Assembly (NCBI GenBank): GCA_963803705.1
Contig: CAWDNU010000004.1
Coordinates: 768,001-832,000, forward strand
From: an uncultured Pseudobdellovibrionaceae bacterium
GTDB taxonomy: Bacteria > Bdellovibrionota > Bdellovibrionia > Bdellovibrionales > UBA1609
Length of the DNA stretch: 64,000 nucleotides
Reading direction: 5' to 3'
The notes under the pieces are model-generated. The model worked only from the letters and a program-made list of their open reading frames with translations. It was not told the DNA's origin and made no database searches. Within the stretch, counting starts at the first letter, position 1. Every line of letters starts with the position of its first letter. Positions 58,215 through 64,000 of this stretch are shown here, one piece after another. Both the position numbers and the translations under genes were made by a program.

Positions 58215-58979
58215 GTGACGATAACTTTTCTGATGTGGCCAAACAAAGAAAAACTTTTAATTGTATCTTATAATCAGCATTTTATGAGCGAGTTTAGCTC
58301 TGAACTTTCCACTGATTTTGATATCCAACGAGCGAATTCAGAACAAGTTGCCTTTTTTTTAATTCGTGAAGCAAATATCAGATTAGTCATAATAGACTTT
58401 GACACTCCGATCGGAAATGTAGTTCAAACTTTAAGAAAATCTTTTGGCTACAACATTGCACTTATTGGTTATGGCCAATCCTCTAAAAGTGTCTTGGAAA
58501 ATGCTTTCCGGGCAGGTTGCGATTATTATGACACCAGAGACGCTTCAAATTCTTTAAAGTTAAAACTGACTCTGTTTGGTTTTAAGAAACGGCTTGATAG
58601 AACTCAAGCCATCAACCAAAGACAATCTGAGACCCGAAAGGATACACGGGCTCGTATAAATTTAGGACCTATAGAAATATTTCCTAACGACTATCTCGTA
58701 CAGTGTAATGGAAGTTCACTAAAAACCACTCCTATACAATTTAAGCTTATCTTATCGTTTGTGACTCGACCAGACGAGCTCTTAACAAGACAGTGGCTCC
58801 AGGAAAACATATGGGACGATCACCCAATTTCTCATCGATCAATTGATGCTCATATATCCAAGCTAAAAAAAACGCTTCCAGAACTAAGCCCATCTCTAAT
58901 AAATATTTATGGTAAGGGATATATGCTAAGCTCTGCGACCTTATTAGAGTTTGGTGACACTCTGAAAAAGTCTGCTTAG
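58215..58979 (+). CDS. OmpR-family response regulator with atypical receiver
   Basis: C-terminal winged helix (TPIQFKL, RSIDAHISKLKK, IYGKGY) and receiver-like N-terminus. Confidence 0.85.
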   Translation: MTITFLMWPNKEKLLIVSYNQHFMSEFSSELSTDFDIQRANSEQVAFFLIREANIRLVIIDFDTPIGNVVQTLRKSFGYNIALIGYGQSSKSVLENAFRAGCDYYDTRDASNSLKLKLTLFGFKKRLDRTQAINQRQSETRKDTRARINLGPIEIFPNDYLVQCNGSSLKTTPIQFKLILSFVTRPDELLTRQWLQENIWDDHPISHRSIDAHISKLKKTLPELSPSLINIYGKGYMLSSATLLEFGDTLKKSA

Positions 58980-59004
58980 AAGAAGTACCTTCTAATTAGT
59001 AAAC

Positions 59005-59070
59005 GTTTAGGTTTAGGTTTAGGTTTAGGTTTAGGTTTAGGTTTAGGTTTAGATTTAAATTTAAATTTAG
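59005..59070. repeat. Hexanucleotide microsatellite (GTTTAG)8 plus 3 degenerate units
   Basis: Eight perfect units at 59005-59052, then ATTTAA ATTTAA ATTTAG. Confidence 0.97.
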
Positions 59071-59156
59071 GCGGTTCTGTGCAAAGTTTGCTCTGAGACC
59101 TACTCACTTCTGTAAAAAGCAATAGATTCTATATTGCCCCTTATCAAAAAAATTTT

Positions 59157-60314
59157 TTATTTATAGCAAAGGTAACTAAACGACGCCGTCTGGTCAGGTC
59201 GAAGTGATGGAATAAATATTACTGATTTTTCATCACTGCTTAGCCTACAAGTTACGCCTGCTGGACAGCTTTCAACACTAAATGTGTCAGGCTCTGGAGT
59301 ACAGTCTAAATCTTTTTTAGCTATCAATCTGTTTGAATCCTGGGCTAAAATATTTACCATGCTGCCAATCTGAGACACATAGTTGTTGCTACAAATACTT
59401 CCCACCGTGCCTTGTAGCATTTTTCCTGGCGCATAAGACAACAGATTTCTTGTTGGATCTAGCCTGGACAAATAAGTAGGATTAGATAGGCTTCGGTAAA
59501 ATGTACCTACTCTACCCAATATATTTTCATTTCCAATTTGATAATTTTGTTTTGACAGGCAACTTGGATCAAGCACTTCTTCGACGATAATAGCGTGTGA
59601 ACTCATGGTATGCGATGCACCCAGGCCCTCAAAAACGCTAGTTATTAATGACTCTGGGTAATCTCCATATTCAGGTTGAAGTTCCGGCCTGTTTTTAGGG
59701 TTTTTCAAAGCATTACCACGAACGTCCTCGTCTGTTAAAAAAACAAAAGCCACATGACTGCCAGCTCTAAAAAAATCTGTATTTTTTCTTAGGGCTAAAT
59801 TTGCAGCCATAATACCGCGCTCGTCACTTGATGGACATTTGGCCACTTCAAAATTGGAAGCCTCGCAGTCTAAAGTTTCTTGGCGACGTATCGTCTGCCC
59901 AAATTGTCTTTGTATATTTGCTGAATTTTTATCGAGAAACTTATTACCATCAGGAAAACTAATAAAATTACCATCCTGTAAGGCTCCTGCGGGTAGGCCA
60001 TTTAAAGCTTTTCTCTTATTAACGGATGAAACAACATCTGTCGTTGTAATGGCTATTCTATAATCTAACTTATTTAAAAGCAGACCATCCAACAAATTAT
60101 AAAACGCTTCTGCTAATTTTACTTGCTCTACATACATCGAGCCTGAATTATCAACCACAAATAAGATATCAATTTTACTAACACCAACTTCTTGTTCGAC
60201 CTTGCTAGGTGGAGTCTGGCTAAACTCTGTATCTGAACACGCAATCAAAAAGCCAAATATTGTAAAAACAGCCAGCTTTAATGAAAGTAGACTTAGTATT
60301 TTCCCCTGTTTCAT
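59157..60314 (-). CDS. vWA-domain lipoprotein
   Basis: Lipobox LIAC, DILFVVDNSGSM MIDAS motif, ITTTD and FLTDED; ATG at 60314 has a GGAGG RBS. Confidence 0.85.
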   Translation of the reverse strand: MKQGKILSLLSLKLAVFTIFGFLIACSDTEFSQTPPSKVEQEVGVSKIDILFVVDNSGSMYVEQVKLAEAFYNLLDGLLLNKLDYRIAITTTDVVSSVNKRKALNGLPAGALQDGNFISFPDGNKFLDKNSANIQRQFGQTIRRQETLDCEASNFEVAKCPSSDERGIMAANLALRKNTDFFRAGSHVAFVFLTDEDVRGNALKNPKNRPELQPEYGDYPESLITSVFEGLGASHTMSSHAIIVEEVLDPSCLSKQNYQIGNENILGRVGTFYRSLSNPTYLSRLDPTRNLLSYAPGKMLQGTVGSICSNNYVSQIGSMVNILAQDSNRLIAKKDLDCTPEPDTFSVESCPAGVTCRLSSDEKSVIFIPSLRPDQTASFSYLCYK

Positions 60315-60404
60315 AAGAAACCTCCACACTACTTATTACAACTCTTGTGCCGTCAAATAATAGACAGTTCAAAACATAAACTACTATAATTACTAGGCTT
60401 TATC

Positions 60405-60638
60405 ATGCACACCCCCATCCAACTCAATACAGGAAGTGTCTATGAAAGAGACGTTAATGACAATCTACGGCCCAAAGCTTTCCCTTTAATTCCGCACTTA
60501 TCTAAATTCTTTGGACAATCCCTTCGAAATTGTAATCGCTTTATAAACGCTTTTGAACGTACATTTGAGCGTGCTTTCACTGGTGAAATTGAATCGGGTA
60601 ACACTAAGCATTGCAAATTACTTATTTTTTCACTGTAA
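60405..60638 (+). CDS. Possible small hypothetical protein
   Basis: 77-aa ATG ORF ending 7 bp before the probable start of the next gene; no recognisable motif. Confidence 0.3.
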   Translation: MHTPIQLNTGSVYERDVNDNLRPKAFPLIPHLSKFFGQSLRNCNRFINAFERTFERAFTGEIESGNTKHCKLLIFSL

Positions 60639-60645
60639 TGGATTA

Positions 60646-61104
60646 ATGATAAAGCAAAAAATGATTGGATTTCTTTTTGTTGCGGTGGCGTTCTTCGGTG
60701 CTCTAGGAATTTACTTAGAGGATTTGAAAACAGATTTTTTACCAAATGATTCGAATAGGGTCGAAAGCAACAACATTTCGCAGAAAAAAGACTTGGTGAT
60801 AAATCAAGTTTGGAGAAGTGATTTCAAGAAACTTATAAAAAAAGGTTTAGTTCCTAAGGCTTGGACCAAAATAAGTCAGGTCGTATTTTTACCGACCGAC
60901 GTGTTAACTAAAGAGCTTATGTTATACCTTCAAGCTCCTGTAAAAATTAATAAGAATGGGCCTTATAGGCTAGAAGTTTCAATAATGTCGCACAAGTCGG
61001 AAAAAAACGAAGCTCAACTTTTGTTACAGCACAACATAATTGACACTGAAAATGAAAACACTTTGTGGGAAATGAATCGCACATACCCGTTGTACTCAAA
61101 GTGA
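60646..61104 (+). CDS. Hypothetical membrane-anchored protein
   Basis: Probable ATG start at 60646 or 60661; N-terminal TM; C-terminal WEMNRTY. Confidence 0.7.
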   Translation: MIKQKMIGFLFVAVAFFGALGIYLEDLKTDFLPNDSNRVESNNISQKKDLVINQVWRSDFKKLIKKGLVPKAWTKISQVVFLPTDVLTKELMLYLQAPVKINKNGPYRLEVSIMSHKSEKNEAQLLLQHNIIDTENENTLWEMNRTYPLYSK

Positions 61105-61355
61105 AACATTTAAGATGTATTTAAGGCGAATTGTATATGATCTATTCGAGGCGAGGTGTGTAAGGTGTATTCAAGAAGATGCTCGATTATTGATTCTAGG
61201 ACCTGAGGAAGATTCATCTAGGTTTTTCGGCTATTTACCCGACATACTATGATTCTAAAATTTATTTTTATTGAAATCAGTGATATTAATTTAGGCAGCT
61301 ATAATATACGTTCTTATACAAATTTATCAAATTGCTACATACATAGCTTTTATTT

Positions 61356-61383
61356 TAAACTATGCGCTACCAATTGCCGATAA
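61356..61383 (+). promoter_or_regulatory. Putative sigma28 (FliA)-type promoter
   Basis: TAAA-N16-GCCGATAA, with a perfect -10 octamer, just upstream of the 626-aa ORF. Confidence 0.5.
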
Positions 61384-61389
61384 TTTGAC

Positions 61390-63270
61390 ATGGTAACTTT
61401 GAAATTTATACTTTTTATGCTTAGTACAATACTAGGTCTCAACTCCAGTTTTAGTTTCGAAACTGGCTCTTCAGATAGCGAGGCCTCAAGTTACAGCAGA
61501 TATGAAAGGCGAAAACAAAATAGAAGACCTGTAGGTCGTGATCTCACAAAATGTTCTACTGGCGACATCGACGCTAGAAACGAGTTGTATGATAAGTGCA
61601 AAAACAATTTCTCTCAATTTGGAATACAAACTCCAATAGACGTCGACGAAATCATAGAACGGGATTCGTGTGATATTTCTGAACCCAAACAAGAATACTT
61701 TTCCGGTTGTGGAAGTGCTTTTTTAGAAATTCCAGAAAAAACAGTCCAAGGAGTTTTAAGCTTACTTGGCGTTGAAAATTATGATCAAGAGATTCAAGTA
61801 GAATGCTTGGATCCCCCGACTATAAGCAATGGCTTAAAAAGAAGGATAAATCGGGGTCAAGGCAGCGAAGCAGAAAAGCAAAGATTTAACGACCACGAAC
61901 GATCATTGGCCACATGGAATGATTGTGCTGATAGAGTAAAAAGCCAAGTTCAAAATAAAGTAGAAGATCATAAGGCCAAGATGAACACTTTCAATCAAGA
62001 GTGTAGAGGCTACTTAGGTAGCCGGCGACAAACAACCCAAAAAAGAAACAGTCAGTTGAAAGCCTGTATGTTACGTCTAGCTGGCGAGAATGGATGCGAC
62101 GCATGTATCCAGGAGCTATCCTATGTTTCACCTAAATTAAGCCTTTTAGATAAGTTGATACCCGAACTAAAAAACTTCAAATCGTCACAATGTTTCAACA
62201 AGCGAGCTTTAGGCAAGTTTGCCTGCCAAATTGCAATGAAGGGAGTCGGTACTGCCACTGCTGGATACTCGGCACTTCGCTTAGCAAAATTATTAGGCAC
62301 AAGCGCAGTCAATAGAGCAACCGCTGTAGCCCAATCGGCCGCACGCGAAAGCCGACGGCAGGCAACAACTCAAGCTGCTAACCGAGCAAGGTCAAGAGTA
62401 GCTAGTGAACAAACACTTATTAGGAATGCTGGATTAACAGATACAAACCGACTTACAGAGACAACCCGACGTCTTCGGCAATCTGGCCCAAACATCGGGG
62501 ACTCGTTAACTGAGACCCAAGCCAGTGCTATTTTAGAGGCTCATGCCGTTGGCAACCCAGGTGCTGGAATAGGAACCTACACCCAACTAGAGCGTAATCG
62601 TAAAGCAAGCATACTTATGAGGAAAGGTGGATTTTCAAGGGAACAAACTTTGCTTATTCTAGATGAGGGCTATGCCGGAAACATTGCAGGTAATCTGCCT
62701 AGAAATATGCCGAAGACAGTACAAATACAATCTTCAACGGCTCGACCATCTGAATTTAGTAGTTCCGTTGCCGACATTCGGCAACGTGCTGAATACGGAG
62801 AATTCGGTCAAATTGACGAAATGGCACAGCAGATCAGGCTAAGGGCCCAAGCAGGTCAACAGACCTTCAGGAATAATTTAGATCAACACGCTCAAAGCGA
62901 CCTCTTACTTGTAAGTGTAGGTAGAAGTGCCAGAGCATTACCTGCAAAATTAGACGACTTGGCTGATGATATCGAAAGACTTGGTTTACCAAAGGGGTGG
63001 CCTGCCACCGATGAGGCGGCGCTGACTTCTATGTCTCGTGTTCCGCAATCACTAAATCCTTACGAAGCTGCCCGATATAACGGGTTTTACAATCTTGCAG
63101 ATAGACAAATAAAAAATAGATTAACCGCTATTCAAGACCATATAAAGGCAAAAGGCTTAGGTCTCAATTCGTCTGAAGTTCAGTCCGAAGTTCGTCGCCT
63201 AATGCAGGTTCAGCAACAAATAGACCGATCAAGAGGTACAGTCCAAAACAACCCACTATTTCAGCAGTAG
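61390..63270 (+). CDS. Secreted Cys-rich hypothetical protein with Ala/Arg/Gln-rich C-terminal half
   Basis: 626-aa ORF with signal-peptide-like start, Cys confined to the N-terminal half, and a Gly/Ala helix GVGTATAGYSALRLAKLLG. Confidence 0.85.
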   Translation: MVTLKFILFMLSTILGLNSSFSFETGSSDSEASSYSRYERRKQNRRPVGRDLTKCSTGDIDARNELYDKCKNNFSQFGIQTPIDVDEIIERDSCDISEPKQEYFSGCGSAFLEIPEKTVQGVLSLLGVENYDQEIQVECLDPPTISNGLKRRINRGQGSEAEKQRFNDHERSLATWNDCADRVKSQVQNKVEDHKAKMNTFNQECRGYLGSRRQTTQKRNSQLKACMLRLAGENGCDACIQELSYVSPKLSLLDKLIPELKNFKSSQCFNKRALGKFACQIAMKGVGTATAGYSALRLAKLLGTSAVNRATAVAQSAARESRRQATTQAANRARSRVASEQTLIRNAGLTDTNRLTETTRRLRQSGPNIGDSLTETQASAILEAHAVGNPGAGIGTYTQLERNRKASILMRKGGFSREQTLLILDEGYAGNIAGNLPRNMPKTVQIQSSTARPSEFSSSVADIRQRAEYGEFGQIDEMAQQIRLRAQAGQQTFRNNLDQHAQSDLLLVSVGRSARALPAKLDDLADDIERLGLPKGWPATDEAALTSMSRVPQSLNPYEAARYNGFYNLADRQIKNRLTAIQDHIKAKGLGLNSSEVQSEVRRLMQVQQQIDRSRGTVQNNPLFQQ

Positions 63271-63356
63271 TGCTCAGCAATATAGGTTACTCAGACTCCA
63301 TAGCTTCTAATATCAACAAAATTTCGCTCATAAAATATATCAACGGTTATCCAAAC

Positions 63357-63387
63357 AAAAAAAGCCCTGTAATTGCTTACAGGGCTT
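63357..63387 (-). terminator. Rho-independent terminator of the rRNA operon
   Basis: GCCCTGTAA-N4-TTACAGGGC stem followed by T7 on the minus strand, just after 5S. Confidence 0.85.
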
Positions 63388-63399
63388 AAAAACTAAAAG

Positions 63400-63511
63400 T
63401 TGGCGTTGTGCTACTCTCACACGGAAGAAACCGCATTACCATCGCCGCTGACGGACTTAACTTCTGAGTTCGGGATGGGATCAGGTATTTCCCCGCCGCT
63501 ATCAACGCCAT
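63400..63511 (-). rRNA. rrf: 5S ribosomal RNA
   Basis: Minus strand contains CCTGATCCCATCCCGAACTCAGAAGTTAAG, GATGGTA and GAGAGTAG; terminal helix TGGCGTTG/CAACGCCA. Confidence 0.95.
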
Positions 63512-63732
63512 TTATCGAATCATGAATAAGTGCTCAAATCAGAACTGAACCAGTTAATAAAATTTTTAATAAAATGTTAAAACCAACTCAATTCAAGATC
63601 AATTTTAATTAAAAATTTTGCTAATACGATTTACTATTGGGTCGTTTCGCTTAAGATTATAGATATTAAGTTCGTTCAAATCATTCTTAGCAGTCTAAGC
63701 TAAGTGTGCTTAGAAAACCTAAGTTCTCTAAC

Positions 63733-64000
<268 letters not shown>

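Noticed and set aside
59005..59052. Eukaryotic telomere contamination or a contig end
   Set aside because: The array is short, internal and flanked by continuous bacterial genes on both sides.
31366..63282. 15-bp exact match TAGTGCTCAGCAATA at 31366-31380 and 63268-63282
   Set aside because: One copy is inside a CDS, and a few 15-mer matches are expected by chance in 64 kb.

Overview
AT-rich bacterial chromosomal window whose gene content points to a Bdellovibrionota-like predatory bacterium (inference from the agl/glt gliding cluster, fused nuoCD, AddAB, and GYF, TPR and vWA secreted proteins). From left to right it holds: an AI-2E transporter; a partial complex I operon (nuoB-CD-E-F-G-I); a heterodimeric ABC exporter; a 2539-aa lipoprotein adhesin with about 22 disulfide-type Ig repeats; an agl/glt-type gliding cluster whose aglR- and aglQ-like genes carry clustered frameshifts; a Na+/solute symporter operon; secreted hydrolases; cysE; purH; alr-mlaEFD; nadB; addAB; and the 3' end of an rRNA operon (23S end and 5S). 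The most unusual signal is non-coding. Three dispersed 150-210 bp elements (near 19.4, 31.1 and 42.1 kb) have near-perfect 50-73 bp inverted arms that differ between loci, around a GC-rich hairpin core that is conserved between loci. Two of them start at a stop codon and carry an inverted copy of the host gene end. A separate 127-bp MITE-like element and a (GTTTAG)8 microsatellite are also present.
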